A DNA stretch of 63,910 nt, the filler included, from Octopus bimaculoides (taxonomy: Eukaryota): the NCBI RefSeq assembly GCF_001194135.2. It is 3 parts of 3 records of this genome, joined end to end, with 100 filler letters (N's around TTAATTAATTAA, not from the genome) between each part and the next. Parts side by side here need not be neighbours in the genome. Positions count along the whole stretch, not along the records: positions 1 to 31,252 come from NC_068985.1; 2 more parts are not named here. One strand, written 5' to 3'. The notes beneath the pieces are model-generated. The model ran no database searches, was not told the DNA's origin, and worked only from the letters and a program-made list of their open reading frames with translations. The position numbers and the translations under genes are program-made. Shown one piece after another: positions 1 to 11,339 of this stretch (the stretch's first letter is position 1; each line of letters starts with the position of its first letter).

Positions 1-170
1 TATACGACGGACTTCTTTCAGTTTCCGCCTACCAAATCCACTCACAAGGCTTTGATCGGCCCGAGGCTATAGTAGAAGACACTTGCCCAAGATGCCACGC
101 AGTGGGAATGAACCCGGAACCATGTGGTTGGTAAGCAAGCTACTTACCACACAGCCACTCCTGCGCCTAT
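1..170 (-). mobile_element. SINE family A (tRNA-derived), head portion
   Basis: Reverse complement reads ggcgcaggagTGGCTGTGTGGTAAG (A-box-like) ... GGTTCATTCCC (B-box-like) ... gtgagtggatttggtag. The same sequence recurs more than 10 times in the window. Confidence 0.85.
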
Positions 171-178
171 TATTATTG

Positions 179-316
179 TGAAATATATTTGCCACTTAAA
201 TGCGGCTAAATCCTAAGGGTGAATGTTACTGTTGCTTTTAGCCCCAGGAGGAGATAAAAGCAACAGTAACATTCACCCTTAGGGTCTAGCCGCATTTTAG
301 CGGCAAATATACTTCA
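179..316. repeat. Fold-back inverted repeat, 62-bp arms with 14-nt loop
   Basis: 179-240 versus the reverse complement of 255-316 shows 5 mismatches in 62 nt. Confidence 0.9.
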
Positions 317-447
317 CGTTGTCGTGCAGTTACTGTTTATACCTCGTTCAGAGATTTAACTTTCCATTATTATTATTGTATATATAAAAATGCAAACGTG
401 TAGCTTTCTTGTGCACTTTGTTCGCAGAAAATAAAGAAATAACGACA

Positions 448-600
448 AGCTTCTTTCTGTTTCCGTCTACCAAATCCATTCTCAAGGCTTTAAATCACCC
501 GGGGCTATATTGGAAGACACTTGCACAAGGTGCCACGCAGTGGGACTGAACTCAAAACACAATGGTTTGGAAGCAATCTGCTTACTACACGGCCATAACT
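448..600 (-). mobile_element. SINE family A head, diverged
   Basis: Similar to 1-170 and 15310-15486. Confidence 0.75.
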
Positions 601-989
601 GCACATATGTGTTTGTTTATTTGTTTGTTTTTTTGTTTTTGTTTTTTTATATTCTAATTAATGTATAATTTTGATATTTTCTTTATTAAGTCAGCTAATT
701 TTTCACCTTCATCAGAGTGACTAATCGTAAGAAGTTACAGCGGTCACGTGCTTTTGATGGTGTTTCGGTTATCTCGAAGTCGACCTCAGTCTTTTATTAG
801 AAAGCAGGTGCATTTATTTAAGAAGATCTAGAAGGTTCGATGGGAACGGATTAAGATAGATAAGGTTTATTAAACGTAAGAACTTCAAGAAACACGAAAC
901 GGAAATAAGGTTGGATGAAGACGGTAAGGACGGGGGTGGAAGGGGGAAAAGAGTTACAGAAGGCATTGTAAGGAAGATGATTGGATAGG

Positions 990-1560
990 TGAAGTTGGTA
1001 GGGAGAAGACGGGGGAGGGGAGAAGGAGAAAGAGAGAGGAGGGGATGGGAGAATGAGGGAGAGGAAGGAAGAGATAGAGGAGGGGTAAGAGGAGGAGGGA
1101 GAATGAAGAAAATGAAAGAGGAATGAAGAGAAGGGAGCATGAAGAGAAGAGACAGTGAAGAGGAGGGAGAATGCTGAAGAGGCAGGGAAGGAGGAGGAGA
1201 AGAAAGAAGGGGAAAGGAAGGGGAAGAGGCGAAAAAAGGAGAAAGGAGAAGGGAAGGAGGAGGAGAAGAAAGAAGAAAAGAAGGGGAAGAAGCGAAAGAA
1301 GGAGAAAGGAGAAAGAAAGGAGGAATATGGAGAAGGGAAAGGGGTTGGAGAAGGTGGGGAGGGGATAGATGGTGAAGAAGGGGAGGAAGGAGGATGGGTG
1401 AGTAGAGAAGGGAGAAGTGGAAGGAGAGGGAGGGGTGGTGAATAAGGGGAGGAGGGGAGGAGACAGTGCTGTTGGGAGTTATTAATAAACGTCAGGAAAG
1501 GATGAAAAACGAGGTTTCATGGAAGAAGAAGAAGAAGAAGAAGAAGGAGAGGCAAAGGAA
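990..1560. repeat. GA-rich polypurine low-complexity tract
   Basis: Almost entirely G/A on the + strand. It produces the E/K/G/R-rich ORFs in the track. Confidence 0.85.
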
Positions 1561-1589
1561 TGATTATAGAAAATGCATGAAGCTCGCTT

Positions 1590-1865
1590 TGCAACCACCT
1601 TGGTTCCGGGTTCAGTTCCACTGCATGGCACCTTGAGCAAGTGTCTTCTGCTATAGCCTTCAGCTAACCAATGTATAGTGAATGAATTTGTGAATTTGGT
1701 ATGCGAGAGCTGTGTGGAAACCTGTCTCCAAACCACATGGCTCCGGGTTCAGTTCCACTGCGAAGCACCTTAGGCAAGTGTCTTCTACTATAGCCTTGGG
1801 CCGACCAAAGCCTTGTGAGTGGATTTGGTAGACAGAAACTGAAAGAAGCCCGTCGCATATATGTC

Positions 1866-1904
<39 letters not shown>

Positions 1905-2080
1905 CTGTGTGTGTATCTGTGCTTGCCCCCCCCCACCATCGCTTGACAACTGATGGTATGTTTACGTCCCCGTAATATAGCTGTTCGGCAAAATAAACCG
2001 ATAAAATAAGTACTAAGCTTACAAAGAATAATTACTAGGGTCGATTTGTTCGACTAAAGGCAGTGCTCCAGCATGGCCGC
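1590..2080 (+). mobile_element. Two adjacent SINE family A copies (partial head, then head + (TG)n + tail)
   Basis: ggttccgggttcagttccactg occurs twice. It is followed by (TG)n and the tail cttgacaactgat...ctccagcatggccgc. Confidence 0.8.
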
Positions 2081-2506
2081 GTATATATAGCTCTTTCTAT
2101 TCATGTTCCATATCCCCAAGTGTCAGGAATGGTGCACCTTGATTCCAATGTCTGTAGATTGGGAAAGAAACAACAGTGATTTCCTTTTCCCTTCAGCTGC
2201 TTATTTAGAGTTTATTCCTTCAGTCTCCTAGTCTCCTGATGTATTGGTTCAACTTAACCCTTAGCTAGTTGGTGGTGTGCAGCACCATTCATGTGACATC
2301 AGGACATACCCACACATCAAGTGTTTCGTGTAACAGATACCTAGGGAGCAGCTCTCCTCTGAGTTCTTCTTGCCTTACCCGCAGAGCCCTTGATAGATAT
2401 CACCACCGCTGGTCAGGACAAATAGAAATTAACGATGAGTATCAAGTAAATCGATAATCCTCGAAAATCCTGCATTTTCAAGCTGGAGCCTTACCACCTG
2501 ATGAAG

Positions 2507-2732
2507 TTTAAACCTTCAACATTTAAACTGGTTTTGTCTGGCCGAAATATTTTGCCTGTTTTATGTTCAAACTGGCCAGATTCGACCTCCCACTCCTACT
2601 CTACAATCTTATTTTAATAATAAACATTCACATCGTCGAAGTTTCAAAGCTACGAGATGACGCATTATTAATCCAAAATAATGTGAATAAATAAGCATTA
2701 CATTTGACAGAGTAATCTGAATGCTAAGTTAA
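2507..2732. mobile_element. Degenerate MITE with TTAA-type ends (piggyBac-like)
   Basis: Ends ttaaaccttcaacattt ... gaatgctaagttaa are degenerate inverted termini bounded by TTAA-like motifs. Confidence 0.45.
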
Positions 2733-2959
2733 TGTTTTGCACAGAACAAAACTGTATTATAAGAAGAAAAACTGAAAGGAGTGAATTACCAAATATATGC
2801 TTGATATGAATCGATCTGTAGGTAAATAACAACACTATAAAAGACACCCAGTTCTTGTGACGTTTCTTAGAATAGTTGCGTTGTCAAATGATATGTTTTT
2901 CTTGAGCCCTAGCATTCATAAGCTCAGTTTCCCGCTTTCCATGCCGTATAAATGACGCC

Positions 2960-3445
2960 GCTCGGTTGCATAAGTCAAAACCAGCAATTTCGAGGGGATT
3001 GAATAAGTCGATTACATCGACCACTGGTATTTTATCTTATCGAGCCTGAAGGGATGAAAGGCAATCGAACTTAGTGGGATGTGAACTCAGAACATAGTGA
3101 TTCGGAAGAAGTGTTGCTAGGCATTTTATCCGATGTGTTAACGATTCTGCCAATTCGATCGCCTTGATCAGAGGATTACCGTATTTTCCTACATATAAGC
3201 CGACGTAGTGTTTGGTTTAAACATGTAGTGCNNNNNNNNNNCGGTTGCATAAGTCAAAACCAGCAATTTCGAGGGGATTGGATAAGTCGATTACATCGAC
3301 CACTGGTATTTTATCTTATCGAGCCTGAAGGGATGAAAGGCAATCGAACTTAGTGGGATGTGAACTCAGAACATAGTGATTCGGAAGAAGTGTTGCTAGG
3401 CATTTTATCCGATGTGTTAACGATTCTGCCAATTCGATCGCCTTG
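2960..3445 (-). mobile_element. SINE family B copy, present twice across a 10-N gap
   Basis: Carries the family B core gaagggatgaaaggcaa...gaactcagaac. 2964-3231 is repeated at 3242-3510. Confidence 0.7.
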
Positions 3446-3457
3446 ATCAGAGGATTA

Positions 3458-3664
3458 CCGTATTTTCCTACATATAAGCCGACGTAGTGTTTGGTTTAAA
3501 CATGTAGTGCAAACAATGAAACATCATCATAATCTTTGCAAATCCTGCTGCATTTTATATGGAAGTTTTGGTCCTCCAAATTGATCTTAGTGTATACGTC
3601 TACCTACTTTTTAGGGCCATAAATTTTGGTCTGAAAATATCGAATTCTATGCCAGAAAATATGG
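3458..3664. mobile_element. Tc1/mariner-superfamily (Tc2/pogo-like) MITE
   Basis: TA|CCGTATTTTC ... GAAAATATGG|TA termini. Confidence 0.6.
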
Positions 3665-4125
3665 TAGATTTGCTTATTTAAAGTGAGTCTTACTCGAGAG
3701 TTGAAAATGATTAGTAATTGTTCTTAGAGAAGAGAGTACTGAGATGTTTTTGTCCCTGAATATGAGGCCTGTCTTTGCAATGGAATCTTTCCTAAGTTCA
3801 GGATGTGTAATCACCAGAAGAAATCTTCAGAGACAGAGACGTGTAAAACTTGCAGTAGCTTTGAAAGATCTTGTTATGACTGTTTGGAAGATTGTTGGAT
3901 ACGACAGACATTAATTTCCTAATTGTTATGTCTTTCTGCTATTGAAGAAGACATGCTTAATATGACCTCATTAGAGTATATCTTCGTGGTCCTTGTTCAT
4001 AGTGTTAGTTCATGCTTAGTGTTACGGCAGAGTTGTTTATTAACCTCAGATCAATTCTAACTGAACAGAACTATTTTCAAAAGCATTTATCATATTAGAG
4101 GTATTTAGAACTGAATTATCTAATG

Positions 4126-4419
4126 CAGGGGTTTTCAAACTTTTAGACTTGCGAACCCCTTTATATTTCAGGCTTTACCTTAGAGACCCCCTTATAAATG
4201 CTTATGAAATTTATATATAAATATTTGCTTAAAATAACATATATTTTTACATTTATTTATTTAACAGTATTTAACAAATAGGTTTATTGTCAATTAAAAG
4301 ATTTCGATTAAAAAACATATAAAATCAAATTGCCCATAAAAAGTATTTGCTGTCCACGGACCCCCTGTCTTGTCCTTGCGGACCCCTGTGGTCCGCGGAC
4401 CACAGTTTGAAAACCCCTC
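4126..4419. mobile_element. hAT-superfamily (Charlie-like) MITE with intact TSD
   Basis: TIRs CAGGGGTTTTCAAACT / AGTTTGAAAACCCCTC. Perfect 8-bp TSD ATCTAATG at 4118-4125 and 4420-4427. Confidence 0.92.
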
Positions 4420-4904
4420 ATCTAATGTATCTGTCTTTCGTTTTCGGTACCGACTCTTAAAAGTGGGTTGTGTGGGTTTATAGTAATTTGGCTTCTATTT
4501 TTGCTTGCTCGAGCGACTACGTATACTGTCTCCTTAGCTCTTAGAAATTCCTTATTTGTAATTCATGACTCGTGGATGTGTCAGGAATATATAAATATAT
4601 TTATAAACGACAGATGTGTTGGCTTTTGGATGTATTTTGGATGACTGACAACACTAAGTGATCAGATTTGTTTAAAATAACAATGAATAGAGAGTTATCA
4701 AAAGACTGTAAGCCAGTTCTTCCTTTATTTGGAAGTAGATACGGTTCACTTAGAGTTTCTTTATAAATTGGTACAAATTATCTAAAATTATATGGAAATA
4801 TTCTGATTCAAAGAAGGAATAGAGCTAGAAGTCCTGAATGAATCGAGTTTATTTTTGTAATAACATTCAGTACAAAGATTTCTGGTGTTGGCACTAAGCC
4901 AGAA

Positions 4905-5400
4905 ATTTTGAGGGGAGAGGATAAGTAAAGATCGTCGACCCCAATATTTCACTAGTACTCTATATTATCGAATTAGAAACGATGTAAGGCAAAGGTGTTA
5001 ATAATATTCATAAAACAGTTGACAGTTGCTACTACAACTTTCTAAATTTCAGACCAATGGGTTGGTAGTTGACTTCTACGTGGTCGCTTTACGTTCTGAG
5101 TTCAAACTCCGCCGACGTCGACTTTGCCTTTCATCCTTTCGAGGTCGATAAAATAAGCGCCAGCTGAATTTATTATCATTATTACTAAAGCGGTGAGATG
5201 GCAGAATCGTTAGCACGCCGGGAAAAAATACTTAGCAGCATTTCGTCCGCCTTTATGTTCTAAGTTCAAATTCCGCCGAGGTCGAAAATATGTTTCATCT
5301 TCTAGTAGTCGATAAAATATGTACCACTTGAGCAATGGGGTCGATACAAACGACTAACACCCTCCCACAAAAAATTTCAAGCATTGTGTTTATAGAAGAA
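4905..5400. mobile_element. Cluster of SINE family B fragments in both orientations
   Basis: gtcgactttgcctttcatcctttcgaggtcgataaaataag at about 5117-5157 and ggcagaatcgttagcacgccggg at about 5200. Confidence 0.7.
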
Positions 5401-5745
5401 AGAATTTCTAAGAACATATGTTCTACCTTAGGACATTNNNNNNNNNNNNNNNNNNNNNNNNNNNNNNNNNNNNNNNNNNNNNNNNNNNNNNNNNNNNNNN
5501 NNNNNNNNNNNNNNNNNNNNNNNNNNNNNNNNNNNNNNNNNNNNNNNNNNNNNNNNNNNNNNNNNNNNNNNNNNNNNNNNNNNNNNNNNNNNNNNNNNNN
5601 NNNNNNNNNNNNNNNNNNNNNNNNNNNNNNNNNNNNNNNNNNNNNNNNNNNNNNNNNNNNNNNNNNNNNNNNNNNATATATATATATATATATATACACA
5701 CGCACATAAATACACACATACAACATACATGCACAAATATGTCTA

Positions 5746-5782
<37 letters not shown>

Positions 5783-6017
5783 GCATATGCAAGCATTCAC
5801 ACTCACACACATACACGTATGCGCGCACACACACATATAGTAGGTGCAATAATACAAGGGGGCTACCTTATTCAGTCATGCTTTTTCTTGTTTTTACCTT
5901 TTTCATTCCTGTAGTAGAGGTAAGGAGTAGAGAAAAGATAATGAAAGAAAAAAAGAAAAACTGGAAAGGAAAACGAAAGCAAGAGAACAAAGAGAAGAAA
6001 CTGAATGAAAAGAGAGA

Positions 6018-6054
<37 letters not shown>

Positions 6055-6521
6055 AGGAAGAAAGAAAATCAGAAGAAAGAAAGAAAGAAAGAAAGAGTAG
6101 GAAAAGGAATATGCAAATTTAATAAGGATGTAAAACAGAATGAAACTGGAGACGATGAAATGGGGAGAAAGTAGTCTAATGTTGTTTTTCCAGGTTTTAG
6201 ACGAGTGGAGTTTTCAATGACTGGGAGAGTTCCTTGCTGCAAAAAGAGAAGTTCTTTGGTGAGAACAAGATCTTGTAGTTCCAGAGAGCGAATTATTTAA
6301 CATTTTTTTAAACGTTTTCTTTTTTTGTATATGTTTCAGTTATTGTACTGCGACCATGCTGAGGTATCGCCTGGAAGGGTTTAGTCGAACAGATCGATCA
6401 AAAATATTTATTAAAACTAGGTACTTATTTTATTGGTCATATTACCAAACTGCTAAGTTACTAAGTAAACAAACTAACATTGGTCGTCAATGGTGACAAG
6501 CACAAACATATATTTATTATA

Positions 6522-7718
6522 TATCAGGTCATTAAGAATAAAATGTCCGATTTTGAACTGAAAGCTTATTTTCCTTTATCTCAACAAAAAGCAATGCAGT
6601 TAATCGCAGTGTGTACTTAAATTATCAACACAATTTTGCTATTTTTCGGTAGCTTATTTATGCTGGCAGCGACAAATTCTGAAGAGCAAGGAGTTATGAA
6701 ATCACGAAAGGCTATTTTTGTGTCTATTTCAGATTTGAAGTTTTTTTTCGTTGCAAAAAGTTGTCTAATGCCTGGAAAACGTGATAGTCAGTTGGTGCAA
6801 GTTCTGGAGAATATGGTGGATGACAGAGTGCTTCCAAGTTCAGTTCCTGTAACTTGAGTGGCGTTCTTTGTGCTACATGTGGTCGAGCATTGTCTTGCAA
6901 GGGAATTGACCTGTCTCTATTGACCAATCTCGGTTGCTTAATTGCAAGTTCACTCATCATTTCATCCAATTGGTTGATGTATACATCCGTTGTAATTGAC
7001 TTACCAGGTCTCATGAAGCTGTAGTGGAAGAAACCAGCGCTGTACCACCAAACAAATACCATTAGCTTTTTTTTTTTTTTTGGTGAATATTCTTTTTGGG
7101 ATTGTGTTTTGGCACTTCGTCTCTATCCAACCACCGTGAAGAACGCTTGCTATTGTTGAAACGAATCCATTTTTTATTACGCGTAACACTACGATGCAAA
7201 AATTGTTCGCTCTTATGCCGTTCAGTTCGTGTGGTACCCACTTGTCCAGCTTCTTTACCTTGATGATTTGTTTCAGATGGCCGAAATATCAAACCTTGAT
7301 GCTAACTCACGCGTAGTTTGAGATGCGTCTACTTCCACTACAGTTTTCAGCTTATCATTATCCACATTGGTCTCAGGTCTACCATGGGGCTGATTTTCAA
7401 GAGTAAAGTCAACAGACCGGAACTTCTCGAATCATTGACATTCACCACATCTTCACCAAATACCTCATTGATGTTTTGAGTTGTCTGGAATGCAATGGTT
7501 CCACGACAGAACTCATATTCATATACAACACGAATTTTTTTTATCTATCTATGGGTTCACAAAAATTGATTTACGATAGAAAACTCACAATATAATCAGA
7601 CACCATGAATTGCATTTCGAAAAGTGATGATGTAACTTTTCAATGTTGTAAAGAATAAAATATTAAAGTTAACTTGCTGCATAAGAAAATCGGACATTTC
7701 ATTCTTAATTAACTGATA
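6522..7718 (-). mobile_element. Full-length, inactivated mariner transposon
   Basis: 33-bp TIRs TATCAGGTCATTAAGAATAAAATGTCCGATTTT (6522-6554) and a near-identical inverse (7686-7718), flanked by TA. Internal transposase fragments are present. Confidence 0.93.
6724..7551 (-). pseudogene. Frameshifted mariner transposase (resembles Hsmar1/cecropia type)
   Basis: Motifs YEYEF, WVPHEL, FLHRSVTRNKKW (cf. FLHRIVTGDEKW), QDNARPH and HPPYSPELAPTDYHVFQALDNFLQ are split over several frames. Confidence 0.9.
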
Positions 7719-8964
7719 TACATACATACATACATATATNNNNNNNNNNNNNNNNNNNNNNNNNNNNNNNNNNNNNNNNNNNNNNNNNNNNNNNNNNNNN
7801 NNNNNNNNNNNNNNNNNNNNNNNNNNNNNNNNNNNNNNNNNNNNNNNNNNNNNNNNNNNNNNNNNNNNNNNNNNNNNNNNNNNNNNNNNNNNNNNNNNNN
7901 NNNNNNNNNNNNNNNNNNNNNNNNNNNNNNNNNNNNNNNNNNNNNNNNNNNNNNNNNNNNNNNNNNNNNNNNNNNNNNNNNNNNNNNNNNNNNNNNNNNN
8001 NNNNNNNNNNNNNNNNNNNNNNNNNNNNNNNNNNNNNNNNNNNNNNNNNNNNNNNNNNNNNNNNNNNNNNNNNNNNNNNNNNNNNNNNNNNNNNNNNNNN
8101 NNNNNNNNNNNNNNNNNNNNNNNNNNNNNNNNNNNNNNNNNNNNNNNNNNNNNNNNNNNNNNNNNNNNNNNNNNNNNNNNNNNNNNNNNNNNNNNNNNNN
8201 NNNNNNNNNNNNNNNNNNNNNNNNNNNNNNNNNNNNNNNNGTCTTGTTTGCTTTTCCGTTTGTTTTCCTGTCTTGTTTTCTGTTCGCCACTACATTCCTC
8301 CATGGTACAAATTTAATTTGTGTATACAAATTTAATTTGTGGTCCGTGGGAAGAGCCATTTTAACGATGCGTCCTGCCCTAACTCTTCGAAACGCCTGTG
8401 TTAGAATGGGGGTAGCTGATGAAGGAAAATGTTCTCTATGTGGCCTGTGTGTTTTCTGTACTCTGGTTATTATTATTTTTTTGTCTACGCCTTGTTTGCA
8501 ATGTCCTGTACCCAGATATGCACCTATATATATACAGATAGATGTAGGTATGCACATACTTGTACGTATATATGCATATACTCATTTATTTGTTTTACGT
8601 TCCGCAATAGATACGTACAACTTTATACCGTTGAACATTATTAGCCATCTACCGCCTACTCGAGATCACAAGAACGTGCAACTTTTCTTATCACGTGGGA
8701 GTGCCAGGCTACATTTGTGCTTCTAAGAAAAGTCCGACTTTGTAGTCACACAAAACAAAAAAGAAAAACGAATGTTATTCCGTCTTTGGGCCTAAATACG
8801 TTATGATTGCAGTGAGACTTAACTTTATATGTGTGTGAATTCTCGATGATGTGATATGCAAATTACAATCGCCATCATCTGTTATCCGATGTAGTTTCCA
8901 CAAATAAGCACGTTTACTACGATACGCACATGTAAATTTACAAGAACCTGGTACAAGTAGATAA

Positions 8965-8996
<32 letters not shown>

Positions 8997-9123
8997 CATC
9001 ATCATCATCATCATCATCATCGATACACAAACATTACATGTGTGTTATTATGTCCGTTCCCTAGGGATGATATTAATATCTTGAAATAATGCTTTTTTCT
9101 ATACTAGTTTGATATATATATAC

Positions 9124-9156
<33 letters not shown>

Positions 9157-9226
9157 ACTGTGTGTGTGTATGTATATATGTATATATATGTGTATGTATG
9201 TATGTATGTATGTATATGTATGTATG

Positions 9227-9260
<34 letters not shown>

Positions 9261-9692
9261 TTTATGTGTGTGCACGTGTTTGTATGTGCGCGCACGTGTG
9301 TGTGCATGTGTGTGCGTGCGTGTGCGTGCGTATGCGTGTGTGTGTGTGCGTGCATGTGTGTGCGTGCATGTGTGTGTGTGTGTATGTATGTGTGTGTGAG
9401 AGAGAGAGAGAGATAGAAACTCTCCACGGAAAAAACAAGACTGTCTAATGGAAGTATTGTGTGCGAGACAAAAACAAAAAAAAAACACAAAACGAAACAA
9501 GCAAAACAAAACAAAAAAACACTGAACACTGAACTTGATCTTGTTTACCATATCCTGGAACCTTATTGATTACAGGAAAAGGAAATAAAATATGTATAGA
9601 ATTCTTATTCAACAGAGCATCCATGCATGACCAACAATGATGCACTCATTTATCGGCCTCAAAATACATAGCATTTTCTACAAATTTACTCA

Positions 9693-9746
<54 letters not shown>

Positions 9747-10351
9747 CATTATTATGTTTTTCCAGTTTGGTTCACAAAGTTTTGATTAAAATGGTGGTAA
9801 GAAGCACTGGGAAACTAAAGGCGCCAACAAACTCGCTGTAGACATATTCAAAAGCCGTCTAGTTTCCGTCAGCTTGCCAGTTCATATTTACATCACAATT
9901 TTTGATATCATTTCATAAGAAATGGATCCATATTGGAAGATNNNNNNNNNNNNNNNNNNNNNNNNNNNNNNNNNNNNNNNNNNNNNNNNNNNNNNNNNNN
10001 NNNNNNNNNNNNNNNNNNNNNNNNNNNNNNNNNNNNNNNNNNNNNNNNNNNNNNNNNNNNNNNNNNNNNNNNNNNNNNNNNNNNNNNNNNNNNNNNNNNN
10101 NNNNNNNNNNNNNNNNNNNNNNNNNNNNNNNNNNNNNNNNNNNNNNNNNNNNNNNNNNNNNNNNNNNNNNNNNNNNNNNNNNNNNNNNNNNNNNNNNNNN
10201 NNNNNNNNNNNNNNNNNNNNNNNNNNNNNNNNNNNNNNNNNNNNNNNNNNNNNNNNNNNNNNNNNNNNNNNNNNNNNNNNNNNNNNNNNNNNNNNNNNNN
10301 NNNNNNNNNNNNNNNNNNNNNNNNNNNTATATATATGTGTATGTATGTATG

Positions 10352-10409
<58 letters not shown>

Positions 10410-10634
10410 TGTATGTACGTATGTATGTATGTATGTACCTATATGTGTACGTGTGTGCAGTGTGTGTGTGTGTGTTTATATATACTGAGAGCGATAGCTA
10501 TATAGGTCATCTAAGAATCCATAAGTCAAAACAATATGCACCCGTATTTTTGTCAATAGAGTTGCTATATAAATCAGAGTATACAGTATTGTGCTTCCAC
10601 TTCGGCCGATTTTACCAATATGTTTGCTAGTATA

Positions 10635-10826
10635 TGCTAATTATATTAGGAATTGTGTCTTGAGGCTTGATGAGAACAAGTCTCTTTAAATTTCAAGAAC
10701 ATTTCTTATGATTCTTGCAGAGTATAAGATGGTACTTAGTTGGCCGACAATGCCAGCTTTAGTTCCAATCTCTTTCAGTTTCTTAGGTGACATTTTTGTG
10801 TTGTGCCAGGTGCACCAATTTACCAC
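10635..10826 (-). mobile_element. R4/Dong-clade non-LTR retrotransposon, extreme 3' fragment (copy 1)
   Basis: Translates KKLKEIGTKAGIVGQLSTILYSARIIRNVLEI*, matching the C-terminus of RLE-type ORFs. It abuts (AAT)n. Confidence 0.65.
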
Positions 10827-10925
<99 letters not shown>

Positions 10926-10938
10926 CATTATTATTATT

Positions 10939-11237
10939 CAGTAGTTTTATTTTTATAACGTGCTTTCACTTCACTACCGAGCGCAGCTCTGTGTGCCTTG
11001 GGTATGTGCTGTGGTTTGCTGTGGTGCTCTTATGTTTACTGTATTGAAAGTGTTTTGCGTAGAATGTGTGCAGTACCCAGTAGTGCAATTTTCTGTATGT
11101 TATATATATTTGTAAGTCCTGGTGTTTTTGTTATGTATTTGTCTGAATATTTTTTTATTATACCTAAGGCACCTACTATGATAGGAATTGTTTGTTTTTA
11201 GATTCCACATTCGAGTTACCTCTATTTCCAGGTCTTT

Positions 11238-11240
<3 letters not shown>
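10939..11240 (-). mobile_element. R4/Dong-clade 3' fragment (copy 2)
   Basis: KDLEIEVTRMWNL..IPIIVGALGIIKKYSDKYITKTPGLTNIYNIQKIALLGTAHILRKTLSIQ*, then a 3' UTR and a (TAA)n tail. Confidence 0.85.
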
Positions 11241-11310
<70 letters not shown>

Positions 11311-11339
11311 GGCGAAGAGCAAGCAGAATATTATTATTA

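Noticed and set aside
2964-3510. 268-bp exact tandem duplication
   Set aside because: The copies flank a 10-N gap and are essentially identical, so this is most likely unmerged contig overlap.
8375-8435. GAAAC...CTGATGAAGG, a possible permuted hammerhead
   Set aside because: Only 1 nt lies between the putative cleavage site and the core, so stem I cannot form.
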